Shown here: in pieces, positions 1 through 10,900 of the stretch
How positions within the stretch are numbered: the stretch's first letter is position 1
Layout of the letters: each line of letters opens with the position of its first letter
DNA from: Okamejei kenojei
Lineage: Eukaryota
Assembly: GCA_035221665.1 (NCBI GenBank)
Contig: CM069135.1
Location: forward strand, 42,656,001 to 42,720,000
Direction: 5' to 3'
DNA: 64,000 nt
The notes under the pieces: model-generated
Database searches by the model: none
The model's input: the letters and a program-made list of their open reading frames with translations, nothing else
Told to the model about the DNA's origin: nothing
Program-made: the position numbers and the translations under genes

Positions 1-542
1 TCTGGCTGAAGAGGAAAGACCCCATTTGGTCTCCCAAATAACCGACTAGACAGATGCAGAGGGCAGTGGTTCTGGGACGCCAGAATCCACCGCTGAGCCT
101 ACTGGAGACGTCGTGGATTCAATCAGCGAAACGTCGATGAAAGTAGATGCCCATTTGATAACCCCAATGACGTGTCTGCCTAGCCTTTATCAACCTCGGA
201 GGAGCATAGGTGAGTGCAGAAGGCTCCCATCACCATTGGGAGTAAATTGTATTTGGCACTTTGGACTTTTAACATCTAGTCCTGTGTATTTGTAAACACT
301 GTACCTTGGTACTGATGACAATAAACTAAACTAACAATTGCACAAAAAACTAAAAGCAACTTTTAAAAATGTATTTCACTAGGTCAAATGGTCTTCGCAT
401 TTTAGACTCACTTGGGTGGCATTGTATAACGACCCATAGAAATATCCAAAGGAAGGCCAATCAGCCTGCATATATGCTCTTAATACCACAAGCTTAAGGC
501 ATTACCTTTATTTTACAATGGCACAAACTTAATTTAAGAAGA

Positions 543-675
543 ATGTCTGAAAATGAGTCTCGACCCGAAACATCGCCTATTCCTTCACTCCATAGATGCT
601 GCCTCACCCGCTGACTTTCTCCAGCATTTTTGTCTACCTTCGATTTTTCCAGCATCTGCAGTTCTTTCTTAAACA
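543..675 (+). mobile_element. Penelope-terminal mini-element with degenerate hammerhead-like core
   Basis: CTGAAAATGAGTCTCGACCCGAAACATC...CCAGCATCTGCAGTTCTTTC, homologous to the Penelope terminus at 29100-29203. Confidence 0.75.
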
Positions 676-1592
676 TCAATAATTTAAGCGAGTATACTTT
701 CATCTCAATAACAAGGGAGACCTAATAGTCTAATTTTCTCATGGAGCCCAATACTTTAATACCAGGCAATACGTTACATTGCCAAAATATTTTATTTTCA
801 AGTCACTCCAATATTCAAGGATGACTTTTACTTAAAATACTTAAGCAAAAACAAACAGCTGGAGGAACTCAGCAGATCAACCCAATGGGTCAGAACCCTT
901 CTTCATACAAAGTATTACAAAAATAGTTATAGTGGATTTAAAAGATTTCAATTTTCCCCAATAAGATTATGGTTAATGATGGAAAAATTATCAATGAAAC
1001 CCACTTTATTCCGCTGATGTTTATAATCAATCAGTTTCATTATTTCAAGTTTTGTAAACAAGGAACAGGATAGTACAGAAATCAACAAGCTTTTGATAAA
1101 TAAACATCAGATTCTAACAAGCCTAAGAATGCAAGGCATACACATAGTCATAGAAGTAGGCCCTTCAGCTCAATTTGCCCATCTAAACCCATTCTATCCA
1201 TGTGCCTGTCAAAATGTCTCTTAAACATTAAGTACCTGCCTCAACTACATCCAACACCTGCACGTTCCATATATCCACCACCCTTGATATAAAAAGTTAC
1301 CCCTTATTCCTATTACATCCTCCACCCCACTTACATCCCCAGCCATGGTTCCACCACTCTCACACAACTCCCGCAAGGCCTGGCTCATCCCCCATCACCC
1401 ACACCCTGACTATTTTCCCACACTGCTGGGAGGTGGTGCTTGAGACAGGTACTATAATGACATCCACACACTGGCTGGCTCTTACCCCACTTTGGGATGG
1501 ATCGTTTCCCTCCCTCCCTCCTTTCTTATGACCCAAACCACACGACACTCGCTATCAGGCCACGGATGCCGCCCCCCAGCCCACCCTCTCAC

Positions 1593-1667
1593 CGGCGCCT
1601 CACTCTCCTGCAACCACTCGCAGTGAACCAGCAGGTCGTACAGAATATTCTCCTCCTCGGCAGCCAT
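1593..1667 (-). CDS. NBAS: NBAS (neuroblastoma-amplified sequence) coding exon 1; the gene continues left out of the window
   Basis: Reverse strand reads ATG...MAAEEENILYDLLVHCEWLQESEAP then a GTGAGA donor. This matches the human NBAS N-terminus as I recall it (EEETILYDLLVNTEWPPETEVQP). NBAS-DDX1 head-to-head synteny is known in vertebrates. Confidence 0.9.
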
Positions 1668-1964
1668 CGTCAGCACCGGATGTGCTGTGGGGTCCGCTGG
1701 TGCAGGGACACGACTGGCCGGGACAGACCAGACCAAAGGCACAGACGGGCGCCCACCCCACCCGACCCAGCGGCCACGACGAGCGGGGTCTGCTGTCACC
1801 CGGCGCTGCCCACGGTTCCGCTTCACAAGCTGTCAGTGTGACTCGCTCAAGCAAAGATCTTTGGTCGAGAGCGAGTTGCCCGGGTGCTGCTTGAGAGGGG
1901 GACGCGTTTAGGAGCTGCGCAGAGGCCGTGAGCCGGCGCTTCCGTCGGCGGAGGAGCGGCGAGG

Positions 1965-1980
1965 ATGGCGGCTTTTTCAG
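1965..1980 (+). CDS. DDX1: DDX1 exon 1 (MAAFS-E)
   Basis: ATGGCGGCTTTTTCAG|gtgagg. Confidence 0.95.
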
Positions 1981-4900
1981 GTGAGGCGCCGCGTCAGCGC
2001 CAGCGCCAGCGCTGTCCCCCCGGCCCCGGCCCCGGCCCCTTGAGACCAGCCGGTCGGCCGCGGCTTCCCCACCCCCGGGGATCTGGACCCCACAGTCCCA
2101 ACTCGCTCGTCCGCCATATAACCATATAACCACTACAGCACGGAAACAGGAGGAGGTGGTGTATCTCGGCCCTTCCAGTCCGTGCCGACCATTTGTTTTC
2201 CCCTAGTCCCATCTACCTGCACTCAGACCATACCCCTCCATTCCCTTCACGTCCATATACCTATCCACTTTACTCTTAAATGTTAAAATCGATCCTGCCT
2301 CCACCACTTCTGCTGGAAGCTCATTCCACACAGCCACCACCCTCTGAGTAAAGAAGTTCCCCCTCACGTTACCCCTAAACTTCTGTCCCTTAATTCTCAT
2401 GTCATGCCCTCTTGTTTGAATCTTCCCTACCCTCAATGGGAAAAGCTTATCCACGTTAACTCTGTCTATCCCTTTCATCATTTTAAAGACCTCAATCAAT
2501 ATGTTGGAAGGAAATGCCTTGGAAGGCAGTGGAGGCCAATTCTCTCCTCTGGATGCTTTCAAGAGAGAGCTAGATAGGGCTCTTAAAGTTAGCGGAGTCA
2601 GGGGATATGAGGAGAAGGCAGGAACAGGGTACTGATTGGGGATGATCAGCCATGATCACATTGAATGGCGGTGCTGGCTCGAAGGGCCGAGTGGCCTACT
2701 CCTGCACCTATTTTCTATTGTCTAACTGCAGATGCTGGTTTAAACCGAAGATAGACACAAAATGCTGGAGTAACTTAGCGGGACAGGCAGCGTCTCTGGA
2801 GAAGGAATGGGTGACGTTTCTGGTCCAGACCCTTCTTCAGACCCTTCTTCTGTATCTGAAGAAGAGTCTCGACCCGAAACGACTCCCACTCCTTCTCTCC
2901 AGAGATGCCGCCTGTCCCGCTGAGTTACTCCGGCATTTTGTGTCTGTCTATTCTGTTACAAACGTTTATATCAGTTGATGTTCAAAAATTAGAGCAGGTT
3001 CTTGATCAGTGGACAAAGAAATAGTTAAAATGAATTTCATGCAGTGATGAGCGAGATGTTGCAAAGTCAGACCAGGTCAGGTGAATGCCAGGACACTGGG
3101 GAGTGCTATAAAGCTGAGCATTCTAGGAGTCCAGGACATTGTTCCTTGATAGTAGCGTAACCAGTATCTAGAGTGATCAAGAAAGCTTTTGGTAAAATTA
3201 CATTAATCACTCAGTGTATTGAGTTTAGAAGTTGGGATAGACGCAGAATGCTGGAGTAACTCGGCAGGACAGGCAGCATCTCTGGAGAGAAAGAATGGGT
3301 GACGTTTCGGGTCAAGACCCTTGTTCAGATTGACGTTGCCTGGCCCACTGAGTTACTCCAGCATTTTGTGTCTATCTTCGATTTAAACCAGCACCTGCAG
3401 TTCCTTCTGACATATAGAAGTTGGGATGTATGTTACAGTTGCACAAGTTGTTGGTGAGGCCACATTTGTAGTATTGTTCAGGTTTTGTCACCATGCTATA
3501 GGAAGGATGTTGTTAATCTTCAAAGAGTGCAGCAACGATTTGAGGATCTTGCCAGGATTCAAGGCTCTGAGCTATAGAGAGAGATTGGACAGGCTAGAAC
3601 TTTATTCCTTGGAGTGCGGGAGAATGAGAGATGATCTTAAATTGTATAAGTAGCTGCTCAGAATCTTTTACCCAGAATAAGGCAATCAAGAACCAGAGGA
3701 CATAGGTTTAAGGTGGGAGGGGAAAAGTATAATAGGAACATCGGAGGCAATTTGTTCCACATAGAGATAATGGGTTTTTGGAATGAGCTGCTGGAGGAGG
3801 TAGTCGAGACGGTACTATAAAGACATTTAAAAGGTATTTGGACAGGTACATGGATGGGAAAGGTATAGAGGGATATGGGGCAAATGTGGGCAAGTAGAAC
3901 TAGTGTCACATGTACTGAGTTGGGCAAGCTGGGCCGAAGGGCTTTTCTGCTCTGTGACTCTATAAATGCTGCAAGCAAGAGAAATGTTTGTATGGAGTAT
4001 TACAGCATGGAAATGGGCCATTCGGCAAAATATGTTCATGCTGACCAAGATGCCCTATGTAAGCTGGTCCCATTTATCTACGTTTGGCCTATATCCCTCT
4101 AAACCTTTTCTATTCATGTACCTATCTAAAGGTCTTTTAAATGTACCTGCCTCAACTACCTCCTGGCAGGTTGTTACATATACCCACCACAAAAAGTTGC
4201 CCTTTGGGTCTTTATTAAACCCTACGCTTCTCACCTTAAACTTATGTTCTCCACTTGATTTCGTTATCCTGTGGAAACGACTGAGCATTCCCCTATCTAT
4301 TCCCCTCAAGATTTATAAACATCTCTTTAACATATTCCGTCAGCCTCTTGCACATCAAGCAATAAAGTCCCAGCCTGGCCAAGCTCTCTGTATAGATCAG
4401 GCCCTCAAGTCCTGGCAAAATGCTCATAAATTTCTGCACCCATATCAGCTTAATGGCATCTTTCCTATAACAGGGTGATCAAAACTGAACACAATACAAG
4501 TCTGGCCTCAGCAATCTTGCGCAACTGTAACAAAACATATCAACTTCTTTCATCAATCCCTGACAGATGAAGGCCAATGTGCCAAAAGCCACCTTCACCA
4601 CTGTATCCACCTGTGAAGCTGCTTTCAGGGAACTATGTACTCCTAGATGCCTCTACACTACAACACTCCCCAGGGTCCTGCCCGCATTTGACATCCCAAA
4701 GCGCAACGTGAATTAAACTTCCATTAGCCATTTCTTGGCCCACTTGCCCTGCTGATCCAGTTGCCTCTGTAATTCTTCGTAAATGTCTTTATAGGTCAAC
4801 GATACCACCTATTATGCTGTTATCTGCAAACTTACTAACCATGCCTTAACATTCTCATACAAATCATTGATGTCGATGACAAATAACAGTGTGCCCGGCA

Positions 4901-7900
4901 CCGATCCTGAGGCACACTGCTAATCACAGGCCTCCAGTCCAAAACCAACCTTCCACCATCGCCCTCTGCTTCCTACTATGAAGCTAAATCTGTATCCAGT
5001 TAGATAGTTCTCCCTGGATCCCCATGCAATCTATCCTTCCAGAGCATCCTGCCAGGTTTAACATTTATCAAAGGCCTTGCTGAAGTCCACGTAGACTACA
5101 GTTCTTCCTTCATCGACTTTCTAGGTTACTACTTCAAAAAAACTCACTTGTATTCATGACATACTATCTTCCATGTACAAGACTGTACTAAAGACTATCC
5201 CTAATCAACCCCAGTCTATAGAAGTGCTTGATAATATCTTATCCCTCAAAATCCCCTCCAGTTACTTTCCTTTCACATATATTAGTCTTCCTAGTCTATA
5301 ATTCCCAATTTATTTATTTTTTGATGCCCTTCTTAAAGGCACAACATTTGCACTTTCAGTCTTCTGGAGCATTCCACATTCCAGAGGCATAAAATTGAAC
5401 GAGTATAAATAGGTGATAAATGGTCGGAATGGACTTGGTGGACCAAAGGGCCTGTTTCCATGCTGTACCGTTAAACAAAGCTGAACTCCTCCAGTGTTCC
5501 TGGAGGAACTAGGAATGTTGCTAGATTTTTGCATGCAGCGCAGACTATAGGCATGGACTCTCGCCGCACACTGGTTATTTCACCAGCACGAGTCGTAAAA
5601 CGGGATCTATCTTGTGTCAGTGGATAATAAGGATTTGGTCTGCTCATGGAGTTGGGGATTTGCTTAAATGTCTGATGTGTCAGCATGTTTAAACATTATG
5701 CAGTTGAAGGGCAGCAATACTGAAAATGCAGTCTTTTGGAGCTAGCTATTAACCGAGAATGATATTTTTTACTCACAACAAACAAATCAAATATCTTCAA
5801 ATATTGATGCATCTTCATAGCCGATCAGACATCTGTCATCTCACCCATAAGTGTGGGTTAGCTATAATTGATCATGTTGTATCAAAATGCCATGTGACTT
5901 TTCTTTTGCTGAAGCTTCTTTGAAATTTATTCAGGCAATTATTCAGTCAAGCAATTCCTGAACATGAATAAATACAGAAGGCTAAAATGTTATTTTGTTT
6001 TAATGTTCTTTAAAATATTTATTGCTTTCCTATTTAGAGATGGGTGTTATGCCGGAAATTGCCCAGGCGGTAGAGCAGATGGACTGGCTGTAAGTCTGAT
6101 TTCAAAATTATTTCAGATTTAATGAATAATATTCAAAATGTCAAAGGTTTGAATTGAATTTCCCTAGTATAATTCAAATGTTATTCAAACGTGTTTGTAA
6201 GCTGTGTTGCAGACTTCCAAATTAATTTTATTTTTGTAGTGAAATGTTTACTGGGCTGCTCTATTGCAGTATTGCCTCTTCTGACAATTCACACAATTAG
6301 ATAGAGGTTGTCGAAACTCAGACTTTATTATAGTTATGAACCATCTTTAATGTATATTACCATTAGTCTACCAACAGATATCCAAGCTGAGTCCATTCCT
6401 TTGATTCTGGGTGGTGGTGATGTGCTTATGGTAGGTTAACTTTTTACATAATGTTTTTAAGTTTTAATATTTTCAAATCTGGTCAAATATTAATACCAAC
6501 TCGTTTATTACACTGAAATAATCCAGATGAAGTAGAGACTGATAATTCAATTTGGTTATTTTTTTTTTGTTTTCTAATGCAGGCAGCAGAAACTGGCAGT
6601 GGCAAGACTGGCGTAAGTACAGAGTTACATTTTTAATTGGAATTGCATTTTTGTCGAACTGTTATACAGTCATATAGTCATACAGCACAGTAACAGGCCC
6701 TTTGGCCAACTTGTCTGTACAGACAAGATGCCTCCTTTAAACTGGCCCTGTTTACCCACGTTTGGACCATATCCTTCTAAACCTTTCCAACCCTTGTACC
6801 TCTTTGAAAGTCTTTAAAATGTTGTTATTGTACCAGCCTTAATTTCTACCTCTAGCAGCTCGATCCATTTACTCACAACCCTCTGTGTGGAAAAAGTCGC
6901 TCCTCTGGTTCCTGTTCAATTGCTCCTCTATCATCTAAACCTATGCCCTCTAGTACTTGATTTCCAAATCCTGGGAAAAAGGCTGGACTTGCTCTATCTA
7001 TCCCCTCACTATTTTATAACCTCTAGGTTATAAGGTCACCCCCTCAGCCTCCTGCACTCCATGGAATGAAGTCCTAGCTTGCCCAACCTCTCCCATTGAC
7101 TGAGGCCCTTGAGTTTTGGTAACATCCTTGTAAATCTTCTCTACACTCTTTCCATCATCTATACTGCCATCTTTCCCATAGTAGGGTGACAAAAACTGAC
7201 ACAATACTCCAAGTATGCCGTAACAGCATCTTGTACAACTATAACATAGCATTCCAACTTCTACAGTCACTTCTCTTACTGATAAAAACCAAAGTGCCAA
7301 AAGCTGCCGTCACCATCCTTTCTATCTGCGATGCCATTTTCAGGGAACTATGTACTTTGAAAGTACTCTGCTCAACACTGGGTCCAGCAGGACTGCTGTC
7401 CTGTGCTTGTTGACTTCTCCGAAAATAACGCCTCACACTTAACTAAACTCCAGTTGCCATTCCTCTGCCTACTTGCCGAGCTGATCCAGAATGCAATGTA
7501 ATTAATAGCCATCTTTGCTGCCTACAAAACCATCTGCAAACTTACTAATCATGCCATAAATTTTCATCCAAGTCATAGTTGTAGGTGACAAACAGCAACA
7601 GGCACAGCATGATTCACTGAGGCACATCACTGGTCACGGGCCTCCAGACTGAAAAACAGCCTTCCTCCACCACCTTCTGCTTCCTTCCATGAAGGCAATT
7701 CTGTGTCCAGTGAGCTAGCTCTCCCTGGATCCCATGCGATCTAATCTTCCAGAGCAGCTAACCATGTGGAATCTTATTAAAGGCCTGCTCTAGTCCAGAT
7801 AGACAATGTATAGGGCCGTTCACTCGACAACCTTCTTGGTTACTTCTTCAAAAAACTCAATTACATTCGTGAGACATAGTCTCCCATGCACAAAATCATG

Positions 7901-10900
7901 CTGACTACGCCTGTCTTTCCAAATTCATATACATCTTATCCCTCAGAATACTGCAGATGTTAGAGGTTTTTCTTTGCAGCTTTTCTAAAATAGAGACACG
8001 GTGTTAGCTACCCTCCAGTCTTACACCTCCTCTGTGTCTAACGATGATTTCCACATCTCAGAAAGAACTGCTGGAATTTGTTGTCCAGCTCACAACAGTG
8101 TTCTTGGATATATCTGATCAGGCCTGAGCTATTTTTCTACTTTAATATCTGTCAGAATGTCCAGCACCCCCTGATCTGTAAAGCGGACTGTCTGCAAAAT
8201 ATCTCAATTAATATTCCCAAGTTTCCTAGTCCATGTTTTTTTTTCTGCAGTAATAACTGAGGAGACAAGTTTGAGGATGCAATTAAGCTGGAATAAGGAT
8301 GTTGTCAAGCTTGAAAGAGTACAGAGAAGATTTCTAAGCATGTTGCCAGGGGCTGTGTACCTGACCTATAGGAAGAAGTTGGGCAGGCGTGGACTATTTC
8401 CTGGAGCGCAAGAGGCTGAGGAATAATCTTACAGATGTGTATAAAATCATGATGGAAATAGATAGGGTGAATCATCGTAGTCTTTTACCCAGTGTAGGGG
8501 AATTAAGATCCAGAGAACATAGGTTTAATAGTGGGCGGGCGCGACTGACGTTGCAGCGGCCCCTACAGCCTGTCTGTCTTTTTTTGTTTTTTGTCTAGTT
8601 AAATGTAGTTGTTTGTGTTTTTTTTGTATTGTTTTCTAACTGTGTATATGTGGGGGGTGGGGGGGGGGAAGGGGGAAACATTTTTAATCTCTTCCCTGCA
8701 CGGGAGACCTGACTTTTTCCCCTGTCAGGTCTCCGTTGGGGCCTGGTGCCGTGGAGCGGCCTCCGACCGGGACGACCTGGGGGCTCCAGTCGCGGAGCTG
8801 AGAGCTCACCGTCGTGGGGCTGGCCGGCCTCGGAGCGTGGGGAGCGGTGGTGGGTGGCCGCTGCGGCCCGACTCCGGGCTCCATTTCCGGCTGCTGCCCG
8901 ACTCCGGGGCTCCAGCTCCAGCTCCGGCCCGACTCCGGCTCCAGCTCCGGCCCGACTCCGGGGCTCCAGCTCCGGCCCGACTCCGGGGCTCCAGCTCCGG
9001 CTCCAGCTGCGGCCCGACTCCGGGGCTCCGGCTCCAGCTGCAGATTGCTGACGGTGGACTGTTGGGATGTCGGGAGCTCACGGGTCCGGGTGGGAGACCG
9101 CTCTCCGGAGCTCCGCAACACAACTTCTCCAGCCCGTGTCGCGGGGTTGGAACGACCCGGAGCGGGGCCGAGCATCGCCCGGCGCAGCTTTAATGGCTGC
9201 GGGACATTCCAGCGCCCGCCGGGGGCTCCAACTTTGTGACTTTGGGCCTGGAGCGGGGCCGTACATCACCCGGCGCGGCCTCAATGGACATGGGACTTAA
9301 CACCGCCCGCCTGGGGCTTCGACATCGGGAGAGAGATGGTGCGGGGGAGAGAGAAGAACTTTGCCTTCCATCACAGTGAGGAGGAGATCCACTGTGATGG
9401 ATGTTTGTGTGAATTTAATTGTTTGCATGTTTTTCTATGAATTGTTCTGTTTGTTTGTTTGTATGGCTTGTAGAAACGGAGTTTCGTTCGAGCCTCTCTG
9501 AGGTTCGAATGACAAGCAATAAAATCAAAAAAATCAAATCAAATCAAAGGTGAGAAGGGAAAAGTTTAATAGGAACCTGAGGGGCAACTTTTTCACACAG
9601 AGGGTGGTAGGTATATGGATAGAGCTGCCAGAGGAGGTAGTTCAGGCAGGTACTGTGGCAACATTTCAAAGACATTTGGACAGGTACATGGATGGGAAAG
9701 GTTTAGAGGTATATGGGACAAACATAGGCAGGTGGAACTACTGTCAAGGGGGCATTTTGGTTGGCAGGTTGAAGTTTGGCCGAAGGGCCTGTTTCCACAC
9801 TGTATGACTCCATGACAGTAAATATCCATTGAAGAACTTGTCCACTGTGGCTCCACAGTCCCGAACCGAAATGCTAGTCATAGGGTGATACAGTGTGGAA
9901 ACAGGCTCTTCAACCCAACTTGCCCATGTCCCAGCTACACTATTCCCACCTGCCTACGTTCATATCCTACCAAACCAATCCTATCCATGTACCTGTCCAA
10001 CTGTTTCTTATATGTTGGGATAGTCCCAACATATTACCCCTCAGATTCCTATTAAATCTTTTCTCCTTTACCTTAAACCTATGTCCTCTGGTCCTCGATT
10101 TACCTACTCTGGGCAAGAGACTCTGCATCTACCTGATCTATTCCTCTCATAATGTTATACACCTCTCTAAGATCACCCCTTATCCTCCTGTGCTCCAAGG
10201 AATAGAGTCCCAGCCTACCCAACCTCTCCCTATAGCTCAGACCCTCTAGTCCTGGCAACATCCTCGTAGATCTTCTCTGTACCATTTCCAACTTGATACA
10301 TCTATCCTATAACACAATGCCCAGAACTGAACACAATACTCTAAATATGGCCTCCCAAATATCTCAGACAACTGCAACATGAACTCCCAACTTCTATACT
10401 TAATACTCTGACTGAGGAAGGCCAATGTGCCAAAATACTTTTTGACCACCTGATCTACCTGCAACTCCACCTTCAAGGAACCTGCACTCCTAGATCCCTC
10501 TGCTCTATAACACTCTCCAGAGCCGTACCATTCACTGTGTTTGTCCTGCCCATGTTAAACTTCCTAAAATGCAACACCTCACATTTCTCTGTATTACATC
10601 CCATCAACCATTCCTCAGCCCACCTGGCCAATCGATCTGATACAAATTTAAATTATCTGCAAAACCACCCACTTTTGTATCATCTGCAAACTTGCTAATC
10701 TTGCCGTGTATGTTCTCATCCAAATCATTTATATAGATGTCAAACAATAGCCCAGCAACGAACCCTGAGGCATACCACTAGTCACAGGTTACCCATTCTT
10801 TTTCTCAAGTGATGTTCCTTGACCCGCTGGGTTAGTCCAGCACTTTGTGTCTATCATAGGTGACAATTTGGGTTTCTAAAGGGCCTGATTCTCTCTCAGG

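Larger units (their letters stand above)
1540..2115. promoter_or_regulatory. CpG island / bidirectional promoter shared by NBAS and DDX1
   Basis: GC- and CpG-rich block containing both start codons. ETS-like motifs: CCGGATGT (~1677), GTTCCGCTTC (~1815), GCTTCCGT (~1938). YY1-like GATGGCGGC overlaps the DDX1 ATG. Confidence 0.8.

Noticed and set aside
1-240. CpG-richer segment with a 60-aa ORF at the window start
   Set aside because: No recognisable motif and cut by the window edge; probably a TE fragment in an NBAS intron.
412-465. Possible NBAS exon 2 on the - strand (tgcag|ADWPSFGYFYGSLYNATQ|gtgagt, 54 nt)
   Set aside because: Good donor and open frame, but a poor polypyrimidine tract and no recognisable similarity to NBAS; needs RNA-seq.
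8609-9300. Many overlapping 100-190 aa ORFs on both strands
   Set aside because: By-product of a GC-rich VNTR that lacks stop codons; no domain similarity.
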